The notes: generated from the letters alone by a model not told the origin. A stretch of DNA of 19,689 nt from an uncultured archaeon (GCA_964493715.1 CAZBPC010000065.1:1-19689); one strand, 5' to 3'; shown: positions 8,920-17,544, counted from the first letter of the stretch. Program-made: numbers and translations.

Positions 8920-11532
8920 ATGGCACCAATTAAACATTTAAGTCTATATAAACTTGCGAAGTACACTAATTTAGAAATTGTTATGGAAGCTCAAGTTCAA
9001 TCATCGGGCGCAAATCAAGCGAAACTCATGGAAAAATATAAGAAGAATAGGAACAGTATCAAAAGTCAAGCTTTTGCAATGAGACTCGTTTATGGGGTAA
9101 TGTTGGCATTTTTAACAGTAATTCCTCTCTTTACAACTATTCGTTTAATAGAGTTTTTTAATAAACTTTTTGTTTCAACTGGTTCTATATTACTAACGGG
9201 TAGCCTTCTTTTCTCCACTTTCTTTGGAATACAGTTAATTTATCTGATGTTATTAGGAATGTTTAGTATTGGGGCGATGATGACTGGTGAAGCTTTTAAG
9301 TTCTTTGAAACTCTCCCGATTTCAAGAGAACAAAGAAGAAAACTCGGTTTTTTTACTGTATTACGAAACTTGGATGTTGGGTTAATAATAATGATGGTCG
9401 GCTTACCAACAATGATGATTATAATGACTCAAAACATTATTTTATCGATTATTAGCATTATAGTTTCAATAGGTGCAACTTTTCTAAGTTTTAGTGTACT
9501 AGTTCTTTTTGCATCTAAATTAAGTCAAATATTCAAGGTTGAAGAAGCAGGATCTAAAAAATCCACCATAATACGAATTATTACCATGCTGAGTTATCTA
9601 CTAATGGCTTTTTCATTGAGTTTTTTTCTGCAATGGGCTATAAATGCAGCTGATGATTTATTTATATTAGTTTCATCATTTGAAAATATAGATTTTTTGA
9701 ATTATATCATCTCAATTATACCATTCCCTTTTGCACCTAGTTATTTAATTACCATGCTTGTTGATCCTGCGCGATTTTTAATACTGCAGTGGATATTCAC
9801 TATTATTGGCAATATATTATTTGGTATTACAACATATTTACTATACAAGAAGGCAATTTCTTCAATGCGAATTGTAACCTCATCAGCAGCTATGGATAGC
9901 AAACAAATACTGAAAAAAAGAGCCTTCAAAAAAGTTACACAAACCGAAATAATCATTCATAAACCTATTATTGCATACTTCCGAAAAGATTTATCGACAG
10001 CTTCAAGAGATTTTCAAACACTCATGTTTGTGATAATGCCATTAATCCTCCCATTTGTATACGTATTTTCATTGTTAGTTAGCACCGGAGGAGATCTTTT
10101 TGTAGTGGGAATTGATATTCTCTGGATGATTTTAATATTTTATCAACCGATCATATCTCTGATGATTACTACTGGTTTTTTAAACTTGGAAGACTCCGGA
10201 GCGTCAATCTTGGCATCATTACCACTTCATCCTCGCGATCAAGCTAAAGCAAAACTCTTGTTACTGATCATCATTCAAACTTTATCATTTTTCTTACCTC
10301 TTTTAATGTATATTGGTTCCTCAAATTTCGTTCATTATTTATTCACATTCCTTGCTTGGTATCCAATCGATTTAATCTTCTTACTTAATGTGTTTTATTT
10401 TAAAATAAGGTTATTTGGACGGATGAAATATAAATTTGTTTTGGAAGAAATCAGAATAGAAAAAAAAATACTTAAGTGGATTGGAATAGGGATCCTCGAA
10501 TTTATAATTTGTTTTGGCTTTATTTTTATAGGGGTTATTCTACAATTAAATTTTGGTACCTCGTTGATGTTATTAATTTTATTATTGGTCGGTGTTCCGA
10601 TCTTAGGATTGTATGTTATTTCATTACAAAGAATATTTCCAAAAGAATTGGGAAAGAGAAAATTTATCAGTATAAGGGAAAATCTCAGAAAAAGACCAAT
10701 TTTAGGGACGATAATAATTTTATTATTATATTTCGGATTTCTGTTCTTACCCGATTTTATAGATATACTTTTCCTCCCTATTTATTTAATTCTTTCAGAC
10801 TTAGGTATTTTATTTATCAAATTTTTTATCGCTTTTGGATGTTTAACATTTTTATGGTTCTTGATAATACCGCGTAGTTTACATTTACCAAACGGAGATC
10901 AGAAATTCAAAGAGTATCTCAATCACATTAAATTAACAAGAGTAAAACCTATACTCAGAAACATTGTTGTAGGGATTGGATGCTCAGTGATATTTTTTGT
11001 TAGTACATTTTTAATAGCAAATTTGCTCGGAACTTTTACGTTTGATCTTAATCTTTTATTTGGAGTTCCAAGTCTTTTAGAAATTGGATGGTTTATTTTT
11101 ATTTTAATGCTTATTCCGGGTATTTGGGAAGAAGTAGCCTTTCGAGGAGTATTATTCCAACTAAATCTGAGAAAATACTCACGCAATGTTACACTGGTTC
11201 TCACTTCATTATTATTTGGTGCAGCTCATTTTCTCAATTTGATCACAGGTCAGCCTCTTAGTTCAACTATTTTGCAAGTGATATTTGCAGCATCATTAGG
11301 ATTTCTTTTTGGATACATGTACATTAAAACTAATAGTTTACTTCCTAGTATCATAACTCATTATTTAATTGACACAGTGGGAGCCTTATTTATGAATGTT
11401 GATTTTCCAGATTTCATAAGTTCAAGTATATTTTTTATCTTTGGAGTTGGATTAATACCAATGGTGTTTGGTCTACTATTTGTCAAATTGGTTATACCAA
11501 AATCGAAAAATGGAGAATTAAAAAGGAATTAA
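8920..11532 (+). CDS. ABC-2-type permease fused to a CPBP protease (copy 2)
   Basis: Colinear paralog of 5429-8044 with a shared SLYKLAKYTNLEIVMEAQVQS N-terminus. CPBP motifs EEVAFRG, FGAAH and HYLID. An AGGAG SD-like word lies just upstream. Confidence 0.82.
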   Translation: MAPIKHLSLYKLAKYTNLEIVMEAQVQSSGANQAKLMEKYKKNRNSIKSQAFAMRLVYGVMLAFLTVIPLFTTIRLIEFFNKLFVSTGSILLTGSLLFSTFFGIQLIYLMLLGMFSIGAMMTGEAFKFFETLPISREQRRKLGFFTVLRNLDVGLIIMMVGLPTMMIIMTQNIILSIISIIVSIGATFLSFSVLVLFASKLSQIFKVEEAGSKKSTIIRIITMLSYLLMAFSLSFFLQWAINAADDLFILVSSFENIDFLNYIISIIPFPFAPSYLITMLVDPARFLILQWIFTIIGNILFGITTYLLYKKAISSMRIVTSSAAMDSKQILKKRAFKKVTQTEIIIHKPIIAYFRKDLSTASRDFQTLMFVIMPLILPFVYVFSLLVSTGGDLFVVGIDILWMILIFYQPIISLMITTGFLNLEDSGASILASLPLHPRDQAKAKLLLLIIIQTLSFFLPLLMYIGSSNFVHYLFTFLAWYPIDLIFLLNVFYFKIRLFGRMKYKFVLEEIRIEKKILKWIGIGILEFIICFGFIFIGVILQLNFGTSLMLLILLLVGVPILGLYVISLQRIFPKELGKRKFISIRENLRKRPILGTIIILLLYFGFLFLPDFIDILFLPIYLILSDLGILFIKFFIAFGCLTFLWFLIIPRSLHLPNGDQKFKEYLNHIKLTRVKPILRNIVVGIGCSVIFFVSTFLIANLLGTFTFDLNLLFGVPSLLEIGWFIFILMLIPGIWEEVAFRGVLFQLNLRKYSRNVTLVLTSLLFGAAHFLNLITGQPLSSTILQVIFAASLGFLFGYMYIKTNSLLPSIITHYLIDTVGALFMNVDFPDFISSSIFFIFGVGLIPMVFGLLFVKLVIPKSKNGELKRN

Positions 11533-11607
11533 TTATTTTATGATCTAATTTTTCTTTATTAAGGTTTAATTTCAATAATAGATCAAACTTGAAAAATTGA
11601 AATTGAA

Positions 11608-12783
11608 ATGACTGAAAAACACTCTATTTGTAAGAATTGTATAATGGTAGAAGGTTTCTTGGGGATCGAGATTGATGATAATCAACTCTGCAATTTCTGT
11701 GCAGATCCTAATCATGTTAATCCTAATTGGTCCAAGAAAATAATTAGTGAGAAACAAAAAAAAGAGGATTTAGAAAATTGGAATAATACTGTACGAGAAA
11801 TGCAAAGATTTCACAATGGAAAGCATTACGATTGCATCATCGGATATTCGGGCGGAAAAGATTCCACCGCACTAGTTGATACATTTATAAACGAGTATCA
11901 TTTAAATCCATTACTGATAACCATTGATACGGGATTTATGACTGAAGTTGCTAAAGAAAATATGAATGAGACTCTCACTAAAATGGAACTATTTGATAAT
12001 CACGTCATAATTGAGGACTCAATTCCTATCTTTACCAAGTTGTATCATTATTTCTTCTTTTCTCATAATTCTCTTGAAAAGAGCTTAACTGTTGATGTTT
12101 GCCATAAGTGTACTGATTTGATTCACACAATCTCTTACAAGGTAGCATTAAGCAGGAATATTCCTTACTTGATAATCGGATTTTCCCCGGACCAGATCGC
12201 TCGCTATTTTTATGAAACGACCACTGAAGATATCATCAAAGATGGAACTCCAATTCCTGCATTACAAACCTTCTTGGGAGAAGACGATCGACAATGGTTT
12301 CTCACCCCGGAAGAGATTGAAAAAATGAATGATTTTTCCCCTAGGGTGCTCTATCCCTATCACGTGATAGATTATGATGAACATGAAATTATAAGCCGTT
12401 TGGAAACGAAAGGACTCATCCAAAGGGGAAAGGGAGATCCCGTTCTTACTAACTGCCACGTGGTAAAGGCAGCGCTCCTTCACGACTTATATCGTTATGG
12501 TGGAATAACCTATGCCTTGCAATACTCAGAATTGGTTCGTCAGGAAGAAGATCCCGAAAAACATCACCAAAGTCGGAAGAGTTGGCTACGCATGTACAAG
12601 CAAATCGGAAAGAGCATTCTCAACGGCACCTTCAACATGGAAGGAATGGAAGCATTTTTTGCGAATTTAGGAATTACAAAAGAAGAATTGATCCAAAGAA
12701 TTGAAGAAAAAAGGCATACTGATCCGAATGAAGATAAAATCCTCCAAAACATCGAACGAATCAAAACTAATAAACTTCGATGA
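11608..12783 (+). CDS. PP-loop (adenine nucleotide alpha-hydrolase) protein, N-acetyl sugar amidotransferase (WbpG/PseA)-like
   Basis: N-terminal CxxC...CxxC, the PP-loop YDCIIGYSGGKDST, an internal CHKC, and a TNC motif. Confidence 0.7.
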   Translation: MTEKHSICKNCIMVEGFLGIEIDDNQLCNFCADPNHVNPNWSKKIISEKQKKEDLENWNNTVREMQRFHNGKHYDCIIGYSGGKDSTALVDTFINEYHLNPLLITIDTGFMTEVAKENMNETLTKMELFDNHVIIEDSIPIFTKLYHYFFFSHNSLEKSLTVDVCHKCTDLIHTISYKVALSRNIPYLIIGFSPDQIARYFYETTTEDIIKDGTPIPALQTFLGEDDRQWFLTPEEIEKMNDFSPRVLYPYHVIDYDEHEIISRLETKGLIQRGKGDPVLTNCHVVKAALLHDLYRYGGITYALQYSELVRQEEDPEKHHQSRKSWLRMYKQIGKSILNGTFNMEGMEAFFANLGITKEELIQRIEEKRHTDPNEDKILQNIERIKTNKLR

Positions 12784-12812
12784 ATGAAAATCTAAGAAAA
12801 GAGAGAATAATT

Positions 12813-14108
12813 TTAATAATTATTTTTAATATAGTTAATTGAATTTATGCATAACTTCAATACTCGTTCTAATACGCCTTTTTCTATTTTATCGAGAGTA
12901 TCCGTAGATTGATGATAAAATTTAAGCATTTGCTTTAAATCCATTGCCACAATTGTAGCTGCTTTTAACCCGGCTTTTGAAAATGTAGTTGCATCCGTTC
13001 CACCTGTAACTTGACCGATTAATTTTTCAACAAAACTACTCCCCCCAAGAGAAAAATTTGATGCAGGCATGCCCAAATCTTTAGCGGATTGGGTTAAAAT
13101 TTTTACTACTTCGTCTGAATGCTTTGTTCTCGTTGTTGGCTCAAAATCAATTATGGCTATGTTTGGAAGACTTTGAATACCATCCATGTTAATACAGATT
13201 GCATTTTTTGTTTTCAATTCTTCTAAATGTTCTTCTACATATCTATAAGAACCTCTTAAACCAGCTTCCTCGCATCCAAAAGAAATCAAGCGTATTTCTG
13301 TGTTTTCAGGAATAATATTTGTATTAAATTTTAAATATTTACCTACTCCGAGCACTATTGCAACAGCACTAAGATTATCAACAGCACCAGGCACTTTATT
13401 TGCTTTTTCACCAAATGAAACGAAAAACCATAAGCCAATTAGTACGGGTATCCCTATAATAAATAAGATTAGAGCGAAAATCTGAAAAACAAGAAAGTCA
13501 GCAATTTTAAAACCAATGATAGATATAATGAATAAAATTGTGGAAATTACCATCCAAATTATTAAAATTAAGAGTCCAAGAAACACAATTATTGCATATC
13601 CTATTTTTAAATGAGTCAATAAATTAAATTGCAAAGCACTATCATGATGTCCCGAAAAAATGAGTATATTTTTCACTTCTTTTTTGCTCTCAAAAACTCC
13701 AATAACATTCTGAGAACTTTTTTTTTTAAAAAATGGATCGATAAATTCCCTATAATTAAAAAATTCATTCCAAATTATTAAAAAAGCTCCTAGATTTAAT
13801 GCAAATGAGATTCCCATAATTATTTGCTCTACTTGGAGAAATAAGTGTAATGTAGTAAGAAAATAACTTAAAAATGAAATGAGAATCATCAAAACCATCA
13901 CTTTTATATATCCAATAAAAGCTCTGGGGTGACATGTAAAGGGTTCTATATGGGAAGAATCACATACCTTTTCAAATTCAACTTTAATCAAATCAGCACT
14001 TTTTGCTTCTTGAGGACTACATGGCATTCTTGGGCCACATTCTTTAATTATTCTTTCAATGAAATTGTACATATAATCCGAATTTTCTTGAGAGAGTTCT
14101 ATTTCCAT
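12813..14108 (-). CDS. Membrane-embedded M28 family zinc peptidase
   Basis: Motifs GPRMPCS, SQNVIG, SGHHDS, PGAVDNLSAV, FGCEEAGLRGS, NMD, GGTDA and YHQSTD, with two pairs of inserted TM helices. Confidence 0.88.
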   Translation of the reverse strand: MEIELSQENSDYMYNFIERIIKECGPRMPCSPQEAKSADLIKVEFEKVCDSSHIEPFTCHPRAFIGYIKVMVLMILISFLSYFLTTLHLFLQVEQIIMGISFALNLGAFLIIWNEFFNYREFIDPFFKKKSSQNVIGVFESKKEVKNILIFSGHHDSALQFNLLTHLKIGYAIIVFLGLLILIIWMVISTILFIISIIGFKIADFLVFQIFALILFIIGIPVLIGLWFFVSFGEKANKVPGAVDNLSAVAIVLGVGKYLKFNTNIIPENTEIRLISFGCEEAGLRGSYRYVEEHLEELKTKNAICINMDGIQSLPNIAIIDFEPTTRTKHSDEVVKILTQSAKDLGMPASNFSLGGSSFVEKLIGQVTGGTDATTFSKAGLKAATIVAMDLKQMLKFYHQSTDTLDKIEKGVLERVLKLCINSINYIKNNY

Positions 14109-14281
14109 CTTAGATCCGAAAATATTATAATTATTATATATTTAGTTTGGCATTTTATAAATGTAGTTTTAATCAGATTCCTGAAATTATATACTAAAAA
14201 TAAAATAGGAATAATTTAAAATAGAAGTTCTTTTATGTGAAGAAACTAGAGAAAAAATTCTTAAAAATTAATGTTTTAATT

Positions 14282-15103
14282 ATGGATTCAAATAGAAATA
14301 TCGAAGTCACGTGTCCAGTTTGTAAGATTATTAAAAAAATTAGCATTCCTCAGAAAATATTTGACCAAAAAAGATTTGGTACAATAAAAGTTCAAGTTCC
14401 TCAAGGAGGTGTTTGCCTAGATCATCAATTCATCGTATTTATAGATATAAAGGGCATCATCAGAGGTTATGAAAAAATAGATCTAGTAATGAAAACTCCA
14501 ACTGAAACAAAAAAGTTTTCTCTCTATGGATTCATTAAAATGTTTGGATTATACGGGTTATTTTCCTTAATTCATGCTAAGATTTTTAATTATCTATCAT
14601 ACGTTATCAAAGATGAGGGTACAGAAGATCAATCAGAAATTATCAATATGCTTGGAGATAGTTTGCTTCCCGAAAAATATCGAGGGATGAACTTTATTAC
14701 ATTTATTGAAGATAGAGATTATAATAAAATAAAGAAAGACAAAAATATTCTCATAATAGATAGTCAAAAGAATATATTACAAACGCCTTGGAAAACAAAA
14801 TTGAAATTCGAAGAAGAAATCATTAAAAATGCACTTAAAATCTCAAATGAAGATGAACAACGTATTTCTATTCAAAATGAAATCGCTAAATTTATAAAAG
14901 AGGCTGAAATCTCGAAAATTATTGCCGAGAAAGAAGTGATCTATGAAACAGAGCTTATAGAAAAACTCTCAAGAGAATTAATGATCCCAAAAGTAAATTA
15001 TTATCGAATTTCACTAATTAAAGAGTTTATAGAAAGAAGAATTTCTGCAAAATTAGCCCAAAGGATTAAAAACAAAGTACATGAATTCCTCAAATCAATA
15101 TAG
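14282..15103 (+). CDS. Hypothetical protein with an N-terminal Zn-ribbon-like domain
   Basis: CPVC...VCLDHQF...IRGYEKID followed by a charged helical region. ATG 14282 is preferred over GTG 14237, whose extension is very AT-rich and promoter-like. Confidence 0.65.
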   Translation: MDSNRNIEVTCPVCKIIKKISIPQKIFDQKRFGTIKVQVPQGGVCLDHQFIVFIDIKGIIRGYEKIDLVMKTPTETKKFSLYGFIKMFGLYGLFSLIHAKIFNYLSYVIKDEGTEDQSEIINMLGDSLLPEKYRGMNFITFIEDRDYNKIKKDKNILIIDSQKNILQTPWKTKLKFEEEIIKNALKISNEDEQRISIQNEIAKFIKEAEISKIIAEKEVIYETELIEKLSRELMIPKVNYYRISLIKEFIERRISAKLAQRIKNKVHEFLKSI

Positions 15104-15205
15104 ATTAATCAAATACTATTTTTTTCAAAAAAAGTAAAATAAGACCAATTCTTTTTTAACTAAAATCAAATAAATTTGAATTACTAATCTAAAAGTGAAA
15201 TTTTT

Positions 15206-16053
15206 ATGCCCGATTGGGGAATGCAAAATCGTTTATCAAGAATTATTAAACCAAAATCTGGACATTGTGTAATGCTAGCGGTGGATCATGGTTATTTTGG
15301 GAATGTCCCGGGACAACTTAAATGTTTTGGAGATCTTAATCCTCTTTTTGAACATGCCGATGCATTGATGCTCACTCGAGGAATGTTAAGGAGTTGCGTT
15401 TCTCCCGATAGTGATATTCCCATAGTTTTAAGAGTATCAGCAGGAGCAAGCATGCTTAAAGAACTTTCGAACGAAGAAATAAATGTAACCATCGAAGATT
15501 GTATAAGATTAAATGTTTCTGCAATTACTTGCTCAATTTTCGTAGGGAGTGAGTTTGAAAAGCAGAGTTTATTGAATTTATCCAAACTTGTGAATTGGGG
15601 TCAAGAATATGGAATTCCATCTTTAGCAGTGACCGCCGTTGGTAGAGAAATGGTTCGAGATTATCGATATTTAGGAATGGCGAGTCGAATGGCAGCAGAA
15701 ATGGGTGCTTCTTTTGTTAAGACTTACTATTGTGAAGATTTTGAAAATGTTACGAGTATTTGCCCCGTTCCAATTGTCATAGCAGGCGGAAATATAGATT
15801 TGAAAGCCAAATTTATTCCGAAAAAGATTCCCGAAAGGGATGCCCTGCAGATGGCAAGGAATGCAATTGATAAGGGAGCTGTCGGTGTAGATTACGATTA
15901 TTTTTCATAATCGCAAGCAAAAACATGGGAAGAAATATCTTCCAATCAGACAGCCCAATTGGAATGATCAAAGCTGTTAGGGCAATCGTTCATGAGAATG
16001 CAACGGTTAATGACGCATTTGAGATATACCAGAATGGTCCAAAAGGTTTATAA
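15206..16053 (+). CDS. lsrF: LsrF-like 3-hydroxy-5-phosphonooxypentane-2,4-dione thiolase (DhnA-type class I aldolase fold). Predicted spliced CDS join(15206..15792,15823..15890,15923..16053), 261 aa
   Basis: LsrF-like motifs [38 protein letters not shown], catalytic KTYY and [10 protein letters not shown]. The missing C-terminus ([42 protein letters not shown]) lies in another frame at 15925-16053. Confidence 0.88.
15793..15822 (+). other. Putative BHB-type (HBh') mRNA intron 1, 30 nt, in frame
   Basis: Central helix CGGA(15787-90)/TCCG(15817-20), bulge AA^T, 9-bp intron stem ATAGATTTG/CAAATTTAT with one G-U, and 3' site AA^A. Ligation gives GGC GGA AAA AAG ATT CCC (GGKKIP). Confidence 0.8.
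15891..15922 (+). other. Putative relaxed BHB-type mRNA intron 2, 32 nt, frameshifting and containing a stop codon
   Basis: Central helix GTGT(15885-88)/GCAA(15917-20) with 3 of 4 pairs, bulge AG^A, intron stem TTaCGATTAT/ATAATCGcAA, and 3' site AA^A. Ligation gives GTA GAC ATG GGA AGA (VDMGR). Confidence 0.75.
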
Positions 16054-16057
16054 CAAA

Positions 16058-16068
16058 TTTTTTTTTTT
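16058..16068 (+). terminator. Oligo-T terminator candidate for lsrF
   Basis: T11 run 4 nt after TAA 16053, which supports this stop as the real gene end. Confidence 0.55.
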
Positions 16069-16282
16069 ATTCTTATTCTATTGATTCGTTTTACGTTTTC
16101 TTACTAGACCCTTTAAAAAACTACTCTTCATAAAAATAAAGGTTTTTTCATCTAAAAGTAATGAATATTGGGGAGAAGAAATTATAATTTCAAGCAAGAA
16201 TTACTAAAATATGTATATTCGTACTAGTGCTTTATTCACTGAAGCAACACCAGTCTTATTTCCAATACAAATAATAACAAAA

Positions 16283-16873
16283 TTATAAAGATAGCGATGG
16301 TTTTTCCAATATGATCACTTCTTCGTTTCTACTTATTTTTTCAATGGTTTGGACATCCAAATTCTTTTTTATTTTACTTCTCAAATTGTAAGATCCTCCC
16401 GCTTCCCCAGCTTCGAATTGGAAAACCTCATTATCTCTGGTAAAAATAATAAATATAACTTTAACTATTGTTTTCAACCTATAGATTACCTTAATTTTCG
16501 TGATATTCTCTATTTTATTTTGCTCGATAACATAGTTTGGTTCATTGTTTTTATCTTGAATGATTTTGATTATACCGATTCTCTTATTTGAAACGAACTT
16601 GAGTAAATCATTTCGCCTTACTCTTGAATATTCTCTTAGATCAACGATAAGCAAAGCTAACATTATAATTTGAGTAATAAAACCAACGATTGACATAAAG
16701 TAAAGATGGGGATCCACCATAACAAAAAAGACCACAAATAAAATAAAAATAAATATCACAATCCCTTCTATTATATGATGAGATCTATACTTTGCCTCCT
16801 GTAGTTTCCAAAATATTGTTTCATCGTTTTCGATGATTTGATTCAATATTTTTTTATAATTCTTGCTTTTCAA
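16283..16873 (-). CDS. Small 2-TM membrane protein with a probable bacterial-PH-like C-terminal domain
   Basis: ENDETIFWK, two TM helices, then FVSNKRI and a beta-rich region. The TTG start overlaps the upstream stop (TTGA). Confidence 0.6.
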   Translation of the reverse strand: MKSKNYKKILNQIIENDETIFWKLQEAKYRSHHIIEGIVIFIFILFVVFFVMVDPHLYFMSIVGFITQIIMLALLIVDLREYSRVRRNDLLKFVSNKRIGIIKIIQDKNNEPNYVIEQNKIENITKIKVIYRLKTIVKVIFIIFTRDNEVFQFEAGEAGGSYNLRSKIKKNLDVQTIEKISRNEEVIILEKPSLSL

Positions 16874-17511
16874 TTTTTACTCCTCACATTATGATTTTTA
16901 GATAAAAATTTTCTATACGTTATCTCAATATGATTTTGCCTAAGCATCTTAAAGAGATCCTCATGATCAGAAATATGGCATAATTGAAAACTGTTGATCG
17001 CTAGGTCGAGACGCCGAAGAACTTTAATATCTGATTTCTTGAAATAATGACCTGTCCAATCCAAGTGTCCCACACGTTTAAAATCTGGAATAATTTCAAC
17101 ATTTACATTTTTTTTAAAAGACAACAATACTGGTCGAACGTCAACATATTTAATATCAGTATAATTCAATGAATAATATTCATTATATTCGTTCCCATCT
17201 ATTTTTTTAATTATTTTTTCATTGGTCACAAGATAGGAGGTGTGAGATTGCTCGAATAAGTTAGATAACGCTAAGAATATTCCAGACCCGGATACGCCCG
17301 GAAAAATGATAAAAATTAAGTCCAAGGTAATCGCAAGAAGAAATCCGATGTATGTATTAGGAATTGGTAAATATTGAAAGATTAATACATCTATAATAAC
17401 ACCAAAAATTAAGATGATTAATGATATAAAGAAGAGGAATTTTTGTGGCTGTAAACTTATGCTGGATTGCCAAAGAATTTCTTCATCCTTTTCTAATATT
17501 TCTGCAAACAT
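16870..17511 (-). CDS. Small 2-TM membrane protein with a probable bacterial-PH-like (bPH_2/YdbS-like) domain
   Basis: LEKDEEILWQS, two TM helices, then YLVTNEKII...LNYTDIKYVDV. Confidence 0.65.
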   Translation of the reverse strand: MFAEILEKDEEILWQSSISLQPQKFLFFISLIILIFGVIIDVLIFQYLPIPNTYIGFLLAITLDLIFIIFPGVSGSGIFLALSNLFEQSHTSYLVTNEKIIKKIDGNEYNEYYSLNYTDIKYVDVRPVLLSFKKNVNVEIIPDFKRVGHLDWTGHYFKKSDIKVLRRLDLAINSFQLCHISDHEDLFKMLRQNHIEITYRKFLSKNHNVRSKN

Positions 17512-17544
17512 AATTTTCGTTAAGTCAAAAGGATTGTCAATTTT

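Larger units (their letters stand above)
4625..11532 (+). repeat. Tandem duplication of a ~3.49-kb two-gene unit (4625-8044 and 8114-11532)
   Basis: Both genes are colinear paralogs. The offset is 3489 nt in the ATPases. Confidence 0.9.

Noticed and set aside
10476-10877. 133-aa alternative-frame ORF and the other short nested or antisense ORFs in the track
   Set aside because: They lie within or across well-supported genes and show no motifs.
12995-13060. Extra segment LGGSSFVEKLIGQVTGG in the M28 peptidase as another intron
   Set aside because: I found no convincing stem or BHB geometry, and it reads as an amphipathic helix.
15206-15910. lsrF as a 234-aa truncated protein or simple pseudogene
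   Set aside because: The C-terminal exon is intact and followed by a terminator-like tract, there are no other lesions, and both insertions have splice-substrate geometry. A pseudogene remains the fallback if no splicing is found.
15793-15922. The insertions as MITEs or transposon footprints
   Set aside because: They are unrelated in sequence, have no clear target-site duplication beyond 1-2 A residues, and pair with exon bases in BHB register.
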